From assembly GCA_030148725.1 (NCBI GenBank), contig JASBSU010000003.1:31553-95552 (forward strand): DNA of 64,000 nucleotides, written 5' to 3'. The notes beneath the pieces were generated by a model, which worked only from the letters and a program-made list of their open reading frames with translations, did no database searches and was not told the DNA's origin. Shown here piece after piece: positions 8,473 to 19,367 of this stretch. How positions within the stretch are numbered: position 1 is the first letter of the stretch; every line of letters starts with the position of its first letter. This DNA comes from Hyphomicrobium sp. (GTDB taxonomy: Bacteria; Pseudomonadota; Alphaproteobacteria; Rhizobiales; Hyphomicrobiaceae). Position numbers and translations under genes: made by a program.

Positions 8473-9575
8473 GCTGACCGCCCTGCAACGAAATCAGCGA
8501 GAGTTGCGGCGACGGCGCGATTATCCGCCTCGGTGCCGATGGTCACACGCAGGCAATCCGGCAACCCGTAGGCGCCGACCTTGCGCACGATGATGCCGCG
8601 CTGCTTGAGAAACTTGTCGGCGAGGTCGGCCGTCTTCCCGCCGTCCTTCGCGAAGTGAACGAGGACGAAATTGGCAACGCTCGGCGTCACCTTCAGGCCG
8701 AGCTTTTCCAGTTCGCCGCCGAGCCACGCCAGCCAGCGCTCATTGTGTACGGCCGACGCTTCCTCGTGGTCCTTATCGAGGATCGCCGCCGCCCCGGCCA
8801 CCATCGCCGGCACCGACACGTTGAACGGTCCGCGGATGCGATTGAGCACGTCCGCCACCTGCTCCGGGCAGTACGCCCAACCAATCCGCAAGCCAGCGAG
8901 ACCATGGATCTTCGAGAACGTGCGCGTCATTACCGTGTTCGGTGTCGTCGCGACGAGCTCGATGCCGGACTCATAATCGTTGCGCCGCACGTATTCGGCA
9001 TACGCAGCGTCGAGCACCAGAAGCACGTTCGACGGCAGCTGCGCCCGCAGCGAGCGGATCTCGTCGAACGAGATGTAGGTGCCCGTCGGATTGTTCGGGT
9101 TGGCGAGAAACACCATTCGCGTGCGATCCGTCACCCGTTCCAGGATCGCGCCAACGTCCGTTTGATAGTTGCGCTCCGGCGCAACGACGGGCGTTGCCCC
9201 GTTGGCCAGCACGATGATGCGATAGAGCAGGAAGCCATGCTCGGTGAAGATCGCTTCATCGCCCGGGCCGAGATAGGCATTCGCCAGCATGGTCAGCAGT
9301 TCGTCCGACCCAGCCCCGCAGATGATCCGTGCCGGATTGAGACCGAAGCGGCCCGCAATGGCGCCGCGCAGATGCATCGCCGCACCGTCCGGATAGCGCT
9401 CCAGCTCGCCCGCGACCTCACGGAAGGCGGCAATCGCCTTCGGGCTCGGTCCAAGCGGCGTCTCGTTGGAGGACAGCTTGATCGGCTTGACGCCCGCCGG
9501 CAGCTTGCTTTCGCCGGGAACGTAGGGATCGATATCGAGGATGCCGGCTTTCGGCCGGGGAAGGGCTGCGGTCAT
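8469..9575 (-). CDS. hisC: Histidinol-phosphate aminotransferase
   Basis: [42 protein letters not shown]; start MTAALP at 9575. Confidence 0.93.
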   Translation of the reverse strand: MTAALPRPKAGILDIDPYVPGESKLPAGVKPIKLSSNETPLGPSPKAIAAFREVAGELERYPDGAAMHLRGAIAGRFGLNPARIICGAGSDELLTMLANAYLGPGDEAIFTEHGFLLYRIIVLANGATPVVAPERNYQTDVGAILERVTDRTRMVFLANPNNPTGTYISFDEIRSLRAQLPSNVLLVLDAAYAEYVRRNDYESGIELVATTPNTVMTRTFSKIHGLAGLRIGWAYCPEQVADVLNRIRGPFNVSVPAMVAGAAAILDKDHEEASAVHNERWLAWLGGELEKLGLKVTPSVANFVLVHFAKDGGKTADLADKFLKQRGIIVRKVGAYGLPDCLRVTIGTEADNRAVAATLADFVAGRSA

Positions 9576-9713
9576 TAAGGGCGTCCAGACTGGGATCATG
9601 CCTGCCGACGCAGGCGCCGCAAGTGATACAGAGCCGCCCCGCGTAAGGCAAAGGAAGGAACGCGCACGGCTGCTATCTCTCGTCGGCGTGAAGCTGGAGC
9701 GGACGTGCGCCCC

Positions 9714-9741
9714 TTGACGTGAAGCCGCGCGTCCCGATATT
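9714..9741 (+). promoter_or_regulatory. Probable sigma70 promoter for the SAM-II/metX leader
   Basis: TTGACG at 9714 followed 16-17 nt later by GATATT, just upstream of the riboswitch. Confidence 0.5.
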
Positions 9742-9751
9742 TGCTGGCAGA

Positions 9752-9816
9752 CACGTCGTGGTGATTTGGCCGGCCGGCTTGCAACCACGTTAAATAAGTC
9801 GCTAAAAAGGGCCGCG
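9752..9816 (+). ncRNA. SAM-II (SAM_alpha) riboswitch
   Basis: GTGGTGATTTG..GGCCGGCTTGCAACCACGTTAAATAAGTCGCTAAAAAGGGCC matches the SAM_alpha consensus; upstream of metX. Confidence 0.9.
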
Positions 9817-9820
9817 CGCA

Positions 9821-9875
9821 CCCCGGTTTGTGGATGAGCGGCCTTAGAGGCCAGCTGATCCGGCCGGGTTTTTCA
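9821..9875 (+). terminator. Terminator-like hairpin in the metX leader (riboswitch expression platform)
   Basis: GGATGAGCGGCC-ttaga-GGCCAGCTGATCC stem, extended by CCCGG/CCGGG and followed by TTTTT (9869-9873). Confidence 0.55.
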
Positions 9876-9921
9876 TTTGCGCCCTCGCATCCGCGGGGGC
9901 TGCAGGGAGCGCGCATCTGGG

Positions 9922-11121
9922 ATGTCGACACATCCGACCGTCACGGGCATCGATACGGACACAGGGCGCAATCTGCGTCTTGCCGAGGCCAATAGCCCGT
10001 CGAGCAAAGTGCTGCGCCTGCCCGAAAGCGAGCCGCTCCGGCTGGCCTGCGATCAGCTGCTCGCACCCATTTCGATCGCCTACGAGACCTATGGCGAGCT
10101 GAATGCCGACAAGTCGAACGCCATTCTCGTTTGTCACGCCCTGACCGCCGACCAGTACGCCGCTTCCCAGCATCCGGTGACCAAGAAGCCCGGCTGGTGG
10201 TCGACCATCATCGGCCCCGGCAAGCCCGTCGATACCAACCGCTACTTCGTAATCTGCTCCAACATCCTCGGGGGCTGCATGGGCTCGACCGGCCCGGCCT
10301 CGATCGACCCCAAAACTGGCAGCCCCTATGCACTGAACTTTCCGGTGATCACCATCGGCGACATGGTCAACGCGCAGGCGCGCCTGATCGATCACCTCGG
10401 CATCGACCAGCTTTTCTGCGTCATTGGCGGCTCGATGGGCGGAATGCAGGTGCTCGAATGGGCTGCCAGCCACCCCGAGCGCGTGTTCTCGGCCGTCCCC
10501 ATCGCCACTGCTGCCGGTCATTCCTCGCAGAACATCGCCTTCCACGAGGTCGGGCGCCAAGCCGTCATGGCCGATCCGGACTGGTGCGGCGGCGACTACC
10601 ACAGCCACGGCAAGGTGCCGCGCAACGGGCTCTCCGTGGCGCGCATGGCCGCGCACATCACGTATCTGTCGGAGGACGCCCTGCACCGCAAATTCGGGCG
10701 CAATCTGCAGGAGCGCTCCAAGGTCACGTTCTCGTTCAACGCCGACTTCCAGGTGGAAAGCTACCTGCGCCACCAGGGCTCGACCTTCGTCGACCGCTTC
10801 GACGCCAACAGCTACCTCTACATCACCCGCGCCATGGACTACTTCGACCTTGCAAACGAACGCGGCGACATACTCGCCAACGCGTTTCGCGGCACGAAAA
10901 CCCGCTTCTGCGTGGTGTCTTTCACATCGGACTGGCTCTACCCGACGCGCGAGAGCCGCGAGATCGTGCACGCCCTCAATGCCGTCGCGGCCAACGTGTC
11001 GTTCGTGGAAATCGACAGCGACAAGGGCCACGACGCCTTCCTGCTGGAAGAGCCTGAGTTCTTCGCCACCGTCCGCGGCTTCCTCAGCGCCGCTGGCGTC
11101 AAGCGCGGTTTGAAAGTGTAG
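9922..11121 (+). CDS. metX: Homoserine O-acetyltransferase
   Basis: [31 protein letters not shown] nucleophile elbow, GHDAFLL. Confidence 0.93.
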   Translation: MSTHPTVTGIDTDTGRNLRLAEANSPSSKVLRLPESEPLRLACDQLLAPISIAYETYGELNADKSNAILVCHALTADQYAASQHPVTKKPGWWSTIIGPGKPVDTNRYFVICSNILGGCMGSTGPASIDPKTGSPYALNFPVITIGDMVNAQARLIDHLGIDQLFCVIGGSMGGMQVLEWAASHPERVFSAVPIATAAGHSSQNIAFHEVGRQAVMADPDWCGGDYHSHGKVPRNGLSVARMAAHITYLSEDALHRKFGRNLQERSKVTFSFNADFQVESYLRHQGSTFVDRFDANSYLYITRAMDYFDLANERGDILANAFRGTKTRFCVVSFTSDWLYPTRESREIVHALNAVAANVSFVEIDSDKGHDAFLLEEPEFFATVRGFLSAAGVKRGLKV

Positions 11122-11127
11122 GGCACC

Positions 11128-11763
11128 ATGCTGAAGCCGAACACGCCCGTGAGCGGACCGCACCGCGCCGACCACCTGCTCATTGCCGAGATGGTCGAGC
11201 CGGGCTCGCGCGTACTCGACGTCGGCTGCGGCGATGGCGCGTTGCTCCAGCTGCTGGCTGACACCAAAAACGCCGATGGCCGCGGTGTCGAGCTGTCCCG
11301 CGAGCGCGTGAATGCCTGCGTGATGCGCGGCCTTTCGGTCATCCAGGGAGACGCCGACCGCGATCTGGCCGACTACCCCGACCGGGCCTTCGACTACGCG
11401 ATCCTGAGCCTGACGATCCAGGCGACCCGGCATCCGAAGACGGTTCTGGAGAATCTGCTGCGAATCGGCCGGCGCGCGATCGTCTCATTTCCGAACTTCG
11501 GTCACTGGCGGATCAGGGCCGATCTGCTGTTCACTGGCCGCATGCCGCAGACTGCCAATTTGCCCGACACCTGGTACGCCAGCCCCAACGGGCACCTTTG
11601 TACCATCAAGGATTTCGATGATCTGGCCGCCTTGTTGAACGCCGATGTCGAGGAAGCGGTGGCATTCAACAGCTCCGGCAAGCGCCTCCCGATCCGGCAT
11701 TCGCTGTCCCTTCAGAACCTTCTCGGCGAAAAGGCCGTGTTCCTGCTGCGTCAGCGGACGTAG
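11128..11763 (+). CDS. metW: Methionine biosynthesis protein MetW
   Basis: VLDVGCGDG SAM-binding motif, SFPNFGHW; directly after metX. Confidence 0.9.
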   Translation: MLKPNTPVSGPHRADHLLIAEMVEPGSRVLDVGCGDGALLQLLADTKNADGRGVELSRERVNACVMRGLSVIQGDADRDLADYPDRAFDYAILSLTIQATRHPKTVLENLLRIGRRAIVSFPNFGHWRIRADLLFTGRMPQTANLPDTWYASPNGHLCTIKDFDDLAALLNADVEEAVAFNSSGKRLPIRHSLSLQNLLGEKAVFLLRQRT

Positions 11764-11822
11764 CCTCGCATCCCCGCGGCACTGCGCGGTTTAGCCGTAC
11801 CCTCAAGGAATCCGGCCCTTTC

Positions 11823-11851
11823 TTGACACCCTGTAGGGCCGTCACTATGGT
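11823..11851 (+). promoter_or_regulatory. sigma70 promoter of the Fo atp operon
   Basis: TTGACA (11823-11828), N17, TATGGT (11846-11851). Confidence 0.7.
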
Positions 11852-11917
11852 GCGCGCCGTTGATAGAACCTGCCGTATTGGTAAGCCTCGAAAAGCGCAA
11901 CAGGGCCGGTCAAAATC

Positions 11918-12331
11918 ATGTCGTCGGCAGGGAAAAACGAGCCCCCGGGACATGGCGAAATTAGCCCCGAGGAGCGCGAGGTCTTCCGAAAGCGATCAGA
12001 GGCGATCGGCAAGCAGCTCGACGCGGTGAAAGTCCGACGCGAGCCAGCAAGTCGCTCGTCTGGCGGTACGGTCGACGGAGCAGCCTTTGGCAAGGCTTTC
12101 CGTATGGCCGCGGAGCTTCTGGTCGGTGTCGGCGTCGGCGGGTTTATAGGGTGGGCGATCGATCGCCAGCTCGGGACGGGGCCCTGGCTCCTGGTCTTGT
12201 TCGTCATTCTCGGCTTTGCAGCCGGCGTGTCGAACGTGATCCGCCAAGCTCAGATCGAGCAGAGAAAACAGCAAGCATCGCAGCTTGCATCGCCGTCCGT
12301 TAAGGACGACGAGGACGAAGACGACAGGTAG
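11918..12331 (+). CDS. atpI: ATP synthase protein I (AtpZ/AtpI)
   Basis: Two TM segments with ELLVGV..GW.ID..LGT.PW..F..LGF.AG..NV; first gene of the Fo operon. Confidence 0.88.
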   Translation: MSSAGKNEPPGHGEISPEEREVFRKRSEAIGKQLDAVKVRREPASRSSGGTVDGAAFGKAFRMAAELLVGVGVGGFIGWAIDRQLGTGPWLLVLFVILGFAAGVSNVIRQAQIEQRKQQASQLASPSVKDDEDEDDR

Positions 12332-12342
12332 GGGAGCGGACC

Positions 12343-13098
12343 TTGGCTGCAGAAGGCGCGCATCAGGCTCATGGCCCGATGCAACAGTTCGAGATCAAGC
12401 GGCTCATCCCGATGGAGCTGTTTGGCTACGACGTCTCGTTCACCAACGCTTCGCTCTTCATGGTGCTGGCGCTGGCGGTCATCCCGCTGTTTTACCTCAT
12501 CGCCATGAACCGCCGCGCCCTCGTCCCGGGACGACTGCAGTCGACGGCTGAGCTGAGCTACGAATTCATCGCCAACATGGTGCGTGACATCGTCGGCGAG
12601 AAGGGAATGAAATACTTCCCGTGGATCTTCACGATCTTCATGTTCATCCTCGTGCTGAACCTGCTGGGCCTGCTGCCCTACTCGTTCACGGTCACGAGCC
12701 ACATCATCGTCACCTTCGCCCTTGCCGCCATGGTCTGGCTGATCATCACGGCAATCGGCTTCATGAATCACGGTGTCGGCTTCCTGAAGCTGTTCGTGCC
12801 GGACGGCGTGCCTTTCTGGCTGCTGCCGATCATCGTCGTAATCGAGGTGATTTCCTATCTCATCCGGCCGATCAGCCACTCGGTGCGTCTGTTCGCCAAC
12901 ATGATGGCCGGCCACGCGATGCTGAAGGTTTTCGCCGGCTTCGTCGTGGGCCTCGGCCTACTCGGCGGCTGGGCTCCGCTCGTGTTCCTCGTCGGCTTCA
13001 CCGGCCTTGAACTCGTGGTTGCCTTCCTCCAGGCATTCATCTTCACGGTTCTGACCTGCATCTACCTCAACGATGCAGTGAACATGCACCATCACTGA
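12343..13098 (+). CDS. atpB: F0 ATP synthase subunit a
   Basis: PGRLQS, RPISHSVRLFANMMAGH, LQAFIF; TTG start with GGGGAG RBS. Confidence 0.96.
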   Translation: MAAEGAHQAHGPMQQFEIKRLIPMELFGYDVSFTNASLFMVLALAVIPLFYLIAMNRRALVPGRLQSTAELSYEFIANMVRDIVGEKGMKYFPWIFTIFMFILVLNLLGLLPYSFTVTSHIIVTFALAAMVWLIITAIGFMNHGVGFLKLFVPDGVPFWLLPIIVVIEVISYLIRPISHSVRLFANMMAGHAMLKVFAGFVVGLGLLGGWAPLVFLVGFTGLELVVAFLQAFIFTVLTCIYLNDAVNMHHH

Positions 13099-13198
13099 AC
13101 GCTATGAAGGCCGGATCCGGCGGAGTTCCTCCCTGGCCCGGCTTTCATCGTAACGAACACTGAAGTTCAAAACCAAAACTCGAATGGAGACGACCACT

Positions 13199-13423
13199 AT
13201 GGATCCTCAGGCAGCAAAGTTCATCGGCGCCGGCCTCGCCTGCTTCGCGCTCATCGGCGCCGGTGTCGGCATCGGCAACATCTTCGGCAACTATCTGTCG
13301 GGTGCCCTCCGCAATCCGTCGGCTGCTCCGGGCCAGTTCACCAACCTGCTGATCGGCTTCGCGCTTTGCGAAGCGACCGGCCTGTTCGGCCTGCTGATCG
13401 CCCTGATGATCCTGTTCGCCTAA
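13199..13423 (+). CDS. atpE: F0 ATP synthase subunit c
   Basis: GxGxGxG motif, ALRNP, FALCEA ion-binding Glu. Confidence 0.96.
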   Translation: MDPQAAKFIGAGLACFALIGAGVGIGNIFGNYLSGALRNPSAAPGQFTNLLIGFALCEATGLFGLLIALMILFA

Positions 13424-13456
13424 TTCGGTCGAAGCGCGACCCGCGAGGAGGAAACA

Positions 13457-14008
13457 ATGATCGCAGCTCTCTCAGCGTTGGCCGTGGTGGTTGCCGCGGC
13501 CGCGCACGAGGAAAAGGCGGGAGGTCTGCCGCAGCTCAATCCGGCTGACTTCTCCCCGCAGCTCGCCTGGCTCGCGGTCACCTTTGTCCTGCTCTATCTC
13601 GTCCTGTCGCGCGTGACGCTGCCGCGCATCGGCGAAGTGCTCGAGGAGCGTCGTGATCGTGTGCAGCGCGATCTCGATGCCGCCGAGCGCTTCAAGTCCG
13701 ATACGGATGCCGCGCTTGCCGCTTACGAGAAGGCACTGAGCGACGCCCGCCTGAAGGCGTCCTCGATGGCTAAGGAAGTGCGCGACCGCCTCGCCGCCGA
13801 CACCGAAAGCGAGCGGGCGCGCACCGAGAGCGAGCTGACAGCGAAGCTTACCGAAGCGGAGCAACGTATCTCCGCGACCAAGTCGAAGGCCCTGGCGAGC
13901 GTCGACGAGATCGCCGCCGAAACGGCCAGCGCCGTGGTCGGCAAGCTACTTGGCGAGGACGTGAGCCCCGCCGAGGTCAAGAAGGTGATGCAGCCCGCAG
14001 CCGAGTGA
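13457..14008 (+). CDS. F0 ATP synthase subunit b'
   Basis: GLPQLN..FSPQLAWL, LPRIG..LEER..R..DL; alphaproteobacterial b' position in the operon. Confidence 0.9.
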   Translation: MIAALSALAVVVAAAAHEEKAGGLPQLNPADFSPQLAWLAVTFVLLYLVLSRVTLPRIGEVLEERRDRVQRDLDAAERFKSDTDAALAAYEKALSDARLKASSMAKEVRDRLAADTESERARTESELTAKLTEAEQRISATKSKALASVDEIAAETASAVVGKLLGEDVSPAEVKKVMQPAAE

Positions 14009-14016
14009 GAGCGCCA

Positions 14017-14514
14017 ATGCACTTCGATCTGGCAGATCCGACGTTCTGGGTGATGATCGCGTTCTTCGCGTTCGTCGGCCTCATCCTCTACTACAAGGTC
14101 CCCGCGACCGTCGGCAAAGCACTCGATGCCCGCGCCGATGCCATCCGCCGCGAGCTCGACGAAGCCCGTCGTCTGCGCGACGAGGCCCAGGGCCTCCTCA
14201 ATGACTACAAGCGCAAGAGCCGCGAGGCCGAGACCGAGGCGAAAGAAATCCTCGAGCAGGCCAAGCGCGAAGCCGAAGCGATGACCGAGCAGGCGCGCAA
14301 GGCGCTGCGGGAGTCGGTCGAGCGCCGCACCAAGTCGGCTGAGGAGAAAATCGCCCGTGCCGAGGCTCAGGCCCTGGCAGAGGTGCGCTCGTCCGCCGTC
14401 GACAGCGCCATCAGCGCCGCCGAGAAGATCCTCAAGGCGAAGGCAGCGCAGGCATCCACGGCCGCCGGCCTCGTCGAGCAGGGCATTAAGGACCTCGCCG
14501 GGAAGCTCAACTGA
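14017..14514 (+). CDS. atpF: F0 ATP synthase subunit b
   Basis: FWVMIAF TM, LDARADAIRRELDEA coiled coil. Confidence 0.92.
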   Translation: MHFDLADPTFWVMIAFFAFVGLILYYKVPATVGKALDARADAIRRELDEARRLRDEAQGLLNDYKRKSREAETEAKEILEQAKREAEAMTEQARKALRESVERRTKSAEEKIARAEAQALAEVRSSAVDSAISAAEKILKAKAAQASTAAGLVEQGIKDLAGKLN

Positions 14515-14540
14515 GCCGACCGCAAGAGTTTGGCACTACC

Positions 14541-14575
14541 AAGCGCCCTGGCTTCGGCCGGGGCGTTCTTTTTTA
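14541..14575 (+). terminator. Intrinsic terminator of the atp operon
   Basis: AAGCGCCCTGGC-ttcg-GCCGGGGCGTT followed by CTTTTTT. Confidence 0.8.
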
Positions 14576-14751
14576 GCATCGCTCATTGCCCGCGCGCCTG
14601 CCTCGAATCGGCTCAGTCGTGTCCCGGCCCAGCGCCCACGGTTAACTGGAACCGGCCGCCTTGAGCATCCGGGCCTGAGCTAAAAGCCCGCAATCGCCGC
14701 ATTTGCGCGCGCAGCGCGCTGAAATTCGCCAAGCCTTAACCGCGGGCACAT

Positions 14752-14767
14752 CGGCACAGCGCTTGCA
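14752..14767 (+). promoter_or_regulatory. Putative sigma54 (-24/-12) promoter
   Basis: CGGCAC-agcgc-TTGCA with the exact 10-nt GG-to-GC spacing, about 70 nt upstream of the GNAT gene. Confidence 0.45.
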
Positions 14768-14837
14768 ATTCTGGAACGTGGTTCACTGGCAAGGCGATGA
14801 GGCTCTGCCCACGACGCGGTATTGGGAGACGTTTTAA

Positions 14838-16019
14838 GTGCGCACGCACGCCAGAACGCCGGATGTCGAGATCTTCGCCGGACGCGCAGCGATCGAGCGG
14901 CTCGAATTCGCGAGCCGAGAGCTCGGACCGCGCACCGGCACGCACGACGTCTTCAGCGAGTTGCCGCTCCTCCTCATCGCGGCGGCCGCGGCAGAAGCCA
15001 GCGGTTCCGAACCGCTGCTTGCCCTGACGCGCGATGAGCAGGGCCACGTGCGCAGCATCCTCCCGCTCCGCATGTCGCGCACATACGGCACGAGATTGGC
15101 TCAAGGAATGAGTGCGCCGCTCGGTCAGTACAGCGACGTTGTCGGCGAACCGCTGTCGCCAAATGCGTTCGCCGCCATCGCTCACCAGCTACGGACCGAT
15201 CACGGCGTCGATCTCATGCTGTTCCGCAGGGTGCGCGACGACAGCGGTCTTGCCGACGCGCTGAGCGTTCACGGCCAACCCCAGAACGCCGCCACCACGG
15301 CCCCCTATATCGACCTTGAAGCTTTCGGCTCGTTCGACGAGTACGAAGCCTCGTTCTCCAAGCAGACACGCCGCCGGCGACGCCAGCAGCGCAACAAGCT
15401 CGCTGAGGACCACGGCCCGATCGAATTTTCGGTTCTCAATGGTGCTGCCTCGCTTAATGCCGTCGATCAGGCGATCGCCTGGAAACACGCCTGGCTTTCG
15501 AGCCAGGGTCTGAAAAGCCCCGTCTTCGACAAGGGGCCATGGCAGGAAGCGGCTCGCAAATGCTCCCGCCTGCCCCATGCCGCCGTCTCGGCACTCCGCG
15601 CCGGCGACCGCCTCATCGCCGTTGAACTGGGCTTCCTGTCGCGCGGCGTCTACACGAGCTACCTCGGAGCCTTCGAACCCGAGTTGTCACGCTATGGCGT
15701 CGGCCAAGAACAGCTGCGCCAAACCATCGCCTGGGCGTTCGAGGCAGGCGCCGACCGCTTCGACCTCATGCCCCCCTGCGACGACTACAAGCTGCAGCTC
15801 ATCAGGAACGCAGGGACGGCGATCCCCGTGGAAGATTACGCTGTTCCGTTGAGCACGCTCGGACGCGGCATGGCCGAGGTGCGCCGCTACGCGCGCCCGG
15901 CGGCGCGAGCACTGGTGCTGAATATGCGACCCGAGGTTCGCGCGGTCGGCTCGCTCATAGCCAAGCCGGCAGCAATCGCCGTCACAGCGCTCGGCGTCGC
16001 CGCGCTCATGGCGGAGTAG
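14838..16019 (+). CDS. GNAT family acetyltransferase, CelD/BcsL-like
   Basis: N-terminal LPL..R....LAQG...PLGQYSD, C-terminal GNAT with GVGQEQL..AFEAG..FDL; CelD/BcsL-type length. Confidence 0.75.
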   Translation: MRTHARTPDVEIFAGRAAIERLEFASRELGPRTGTHDVFSELPLLLIAAAAAEASGSEPLLALTRDEQGHVRSILPLRMSRTYGTRLAQGMSAPLGQYSDVVGEPLSPNAFAAIAHQLRTDHGVDLMLFRRVRDDSGLADALSVHGQPQNAATTAPYIDLEAFGSFDEYEASFSKQTRRRRRQQRNKLAEDHGPIEFSVLNGAASLNAVDQAIAWKHAWLSSQGLKSPVFDKGPWQEAARKCSRLPHAAVSALRAGDRLIAVELGFLSRGVYTSYLGAFEPELSRYGVGQEQLRQTIAWAFEAGADRFDLMPPCDDYKLQLIRNAGTAIPVEDYAVPLSTLGRGMAEVRRYARPAARALVLNMRPEVRAVGSLIAKPAAIAVTALGVAALMAE

Positions 16020-16055
16020 TCCGTCTACCGGATTTTTGACCGCGATCGGCTGAAG

Positions 16056-16709
16056 CTAGCCGGCGCCTTGGGCGTTCTGATCGAACCCGACGAACACCTC
16101 GAACTCACCCGGCCGTGTGCCCTCGGGAATGTCGAAGGTGATCGTGCGCACCGTCGAGAAATAGGCGATCGGGTTGTCGACCGCCACCGTCGCATCGACG
16201 GCAACGGTGTCCGCGGTGATCCGGGCCCGCTTGGCATCCGTGACCGAGACGTTGACTGGCAGCCGTACCGTCCCGGCATGTCCACGCGGCCCGAGCAGCA
16301 CCCGACCGGAGAACCCATAGCGGACCGTGACCCGGCCGGGCTCGATCTGGCATTCGCGCGCCGTCTTAGTGATCTCACCGCGATGCATGATCGCGAGACC
16401 GTCACCGGCGCGGCCCGCCTCATAGATCGTCAGGTGCCCACCGTGGGGCGATACCGTGAGGCGAGGACAGCCCGCCGAAACTTCGCCCATCGGAGTACCT
16501 GCGCCACCGTCCTGCTTGGCGGCGGAAAGGAGCTGCTCTTCGTTGACGCTAGCTGGCGGCGTGGATTGCGTGGACGAACTGCCGAAGATGCCGCCGCCTA
16601 GGCCCGATGTCAGGGATGAAATGCCGCAACCGGCGTTCAGCACGGTTAACAGCCCGCACAGGCACACGCATGTCGCAGCGCGCGCAACACTGGTTGCGGA
16701 CTCCCCCAT
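16056..16709 (-). CDS. Conserved hypothetical lipoprotein
   Basis: Lipobox LNAG-C, then CP..G.L.IY..RG.ITKTAREC..RVLLGP.G pattern seen in alphaproteobacterial lipoproteins. Confidence 0.7.
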   Translation of the reverse strand: MGESATSVARAATCVCLCGLLTVLNAGCGISSLTSGLGGGIFGSSSTQSTPPASVNEEQLLSAAKQDGGAGTPMGEVSAGCPRLTVSPHGGHLTIYEAGRAGDGLAIMHRGEITKTARECQIEPGRVTVRYGFSGRVLLGPRGHAGTVRLPVNVSVTDAKRARITADTVAVDATVAVDNPIAYFSTVRTITFDIPEGTRPGEFEVFVGFDQNAQGAG

Positions 16710-16874
16710 ATTCCCCCAGCTCGACCTATAGCTGGCCTCCGTTGCGCCGGGATGTGCCAAACCCCTAGGCCGGCGGCGGAGGCTTCCTGTATTGTCGCTT
16801 CGCAAGCCTAGCACCCCCGACCACCCCGACCAAGCGCCTTGCATCTCAAAGCACTTGGGTAGACAGAGAAAGCG

Positions 16875-17870
16875 ATGCCCGCCGTCTCCGAGAATTCAGC
16901 ACCCCAGAACCGACCGCCGCTCACCGTCTATCTCGCGGCCCCGCGCGGATTCTGCGCTGGTGTAGACCGTGCGATTCAGATCGTAGAGCTGGCTTTGGCC
17001 AAGTATGGCGCCCCCGTCTACGTCCGGCATGAGATTGTGCACAATCGATTTGTCGTCGATTCCCTGCGGTCCAAAGGTGCCGTTTTTGTGGAAGAGCTGG
17101 ACGACATACCAGAGACCGACCAGCCCGTGATCTTTTCGGCACACGGGGTCGCCAAGTCCGTCCCGGCCGCCGCCAAGCACCGCAATCTGTTCGTGCTCGA
17201 CGCCACGTGTCCACTGGTATCCAAAGTTCATAATGAAGCCGGGCGGCACCACGAAGAGGGCCTTCAGATCCTGCTTATCGGCCACGCCGGCCATCCGGAG
17301 GTCATCGGCACGATGGGTCAGCTTCCCGAGGGCGCGGTAACCCTGATCGAGACAGCCGAGGACGCCGAGCGCATTGCGCCCGCCAACCCGGAGAAACTGG
17401 CTTTCGTCACCCAGACCACCCTGTCCGTGGACGACACTGCCGCGATCGTCGCGGTTCTACGCCGCCGCTTCCCGGCCATCGTCGGCCCGCACAAGGAAGA
17501 CATCTGCTACGCGACGACCAATCGGCAGGCCGCCGTGAAGGCGATCGCCCCCAAGATCGGCTGTCTTCTGGTGGTTGGCAGCCCGCAGAGCTCCAACTCG
17601 CTGCGGCTGGTCGAGGTGGCTCAGCGTGCCGGATGTCCCACCGCAAGCCTCATCGAGGGAGCACGCGATATCCCGTGGAGCGACATCGAGGGTTTGGACA
17701 GCGTCGGCATCACGGCAGGCGCATCGGCACCCGAGACACTTGTCGAGCAGGTCATCGACGCCTTCCGCGCGCGCTTCGACGTCAAGCTCGAAACCGTTAC
17801 AACGGCACTCGAGCGTATCGCGTTCAATGTCCCGCGCGAGTTGCGTCCCACCCCGTCGTCCGCCGCCTGA
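16875..17870 (+). CDS. ispH: 4-hydroxy-3-methylbut-2-enyl diphosphate reductase
   Basis: [48 protein letters not shown]. Confidence 0.96.
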   Translation: MPAVSENSAPQNRPPLTVYLAAPRGFCAGVDRAIQIVELALAKYGAPVYVRHEIVHNRFVVDSLRSKGAVFVEELDDIPETDQPVIFSAHGVAKSVPAAAKHRNLFVLDATCPLVSKVHNEAGRHHEEGLQILLIGHAGHPEVIGTMGQLPEGAVTLIETAEDAERIAPANPEKLAFVTQTTLSVDDTAAIVAVLRRRFPAIVGPHKEDICYATTNRQAAVKAIAPKIGCLLVVGSPQSSNSLRLVEVAQRAGCPTASLIEGARDIPWSDIEGLDSVGITAGASAPETLVEQVIDAFRARFDVKLETVTTALERIAFNVPRELRPTPSSAA

Positions 17871-17906
17871 CCCGCGAAGCGCCAGACCTTCGAAGCGATC
17901 ACACCC

Positions 17907-18878
17907 ATGGCCGTTTACACTGAAGTCAGCGACGACGAGCTGGCGAGCTTTATCGCCAGCTACGGCCTCGGGCAGCTCTTGTCGTTCAAGGGCATCGCCG
18001 AGGGCGTCGAGAACACGAACTACATCGTGCATACCTCGAAGGGCACCTTCATCCTCACGCTCTACGAAAAGCGTGTCGAGGTGGCCGATCTGCCGTTCTA
18101 TCTCGGACTGATGGATCACCTTGCGGCACACGGCCTGAGCTGTCCGACGCCAGTACACGATGCGGCAGGCCGCGCGCTCGGCACGCTCGCCGGCCGTCCC
18201 GCCGCATTGGTGACGTTCCTGGAAGGCTTCTGGGTCCGCCACCCGACGGCCGCGCACTGCGCCGCTGTCGGCCGCGCCATGGCCGAGATGCACCTTGGAG
18301 GCGATGGCTTCGCGTTGCGGCGGGAGAATGCGCTCGGTCTCTCCGGCTGGCGCCCGCTCTATGAGCGTTTCTCAGCCCGCGCCAGCGAGATTGACCCGGA
18401 CCTCTCGGCGCTCATCGAAGGCGAGCTGAACCATCTGGAAGCGAGCTGGCCGCAAAATCTGCCGCAAGGGATCATCCACGCCGATCTCTTCCCCGACAAC
18501 GTCTTCTTCCTCGACGACAAGCTGAGCGGCCTCATCGACTTCTACTTCGCCTGCAACGACGCGTTGGCCTACGACATCGCCGTCAGCCTCAACGCCTGGT
18601 GCTTCGAGAAGGATCTGTCGTTCAACATCACCAAGGGACGCGCCTTCCTGCGCGGCTACGAGGCGGTGCGCAAGCTGACACCGGCCGAGCGCGACGCCAT
18701 GCCGACTCTCGCCCGCGGCGCCGCGATGCGCTTCCTGCTGACCCGCGCCTATGATTGGCTTCATACGCCCAAGGACGCGCTCGTCAGTCCCAAGAACCCG
18801 ATCGAGTACGTGCGTCGCCTACGTTTCCACCAGGGTGTGCGTTCCATCGCTGACTACGGATTGAACGGAGCTTCCTGA
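17907..18878 (+). CDS. thrB: Homoserine kinase (type II)
   Basis: [38 protein letters not shown]. Confidence 0.93.
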   Translation: MAVYTEVSDDELASFIASYGLGQLLSFKGIAEGVENTNYIVHTSKGTFILTLYEKRVEVADLPFYLGLMDHLAAHGLSCPTPVHDAAGRALGTLAGRPAALVTFLEGFWVRHPTAAHCAAVGRAMAEMHLGGDGFALRRENALGLSGWRPLYERFSARASEIDPDLSALIEGELNHLEASWPQNLPQGIIHADLFPDNVFFLDDKLSGLIDFYFACNDALAYDIAVSLNAWCFEKDLSFNITKGRAFLRGYEAVRKLTPAERDAMPTLARGAAMRFLLTRAYDWLHTPKDALVSPKNPIEYVRRLRFHQGVRSIADYGLNGAS

Positions 18879-19349
18879 ATGACCGAGCGCCCACCTATCG
18901 TCATCTACACGGACGGCGCATGCTCAGGAAACCCGGGCCCCGGCGGCTGGGGCGCCATACTGACGTATGGCGATACCTCGAAGGAAATTTTCGGCGGCGA
19001 GCCCCTGACGACCAACAACCGCATGGAGTTGATGGCCGCCATTTCCGCGCTCGACGCGCTGAAGCGGCCGAGTCGCGTCGAGCTGCACACCGACAGCCAG
19101 TACGTGATGAAAGGCATCACGCAATGGATTCACGGCTGGAAGAAGAATGGCTGGAAGACCGCCGACAAGAAGCCGGTGAAGAACGCTGAACTCTGGCAGC
19201 GTCTCGATGAGGCGCGGCGCGTGCACGAGATCGACTGGCGCTGGATCAAAGGTCACGCCGGCCACACCGAGAACGAGCGAGCCGACGAGCTCGCACGCCT
19301 CGGAATGGAAGAGTTCAAGCCCGGCAACAAAAAGAGCCGCGCCGAATAG
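18879..19349 (+). CDS. rnhA: Ribonuclease HI
   Basis: [41 protein letters not shown]. Confidence 0.97.
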   Translation: MTERPPIVIYTDGACSGNPGPGGWGAILTYGDTSKEIFGGEPLTTNNRMELMAAISALDALKRPSRVELHTDSQYVMKGITQWIHGWKKNGWKTADKKPVKNAELWQRLDEARRVHEIDWRWIKGHAGHTENERADELARLGMEEFKPGNKKSRAE

Positions 19350-19367
19350 CGCCGAACAGGCGGGCGA

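Noticed and set aside
9844-11433. 529-aa minus-strand ORF
   Set aside because: Antisense to metX/metW, which have clear motifs and a riboswitch
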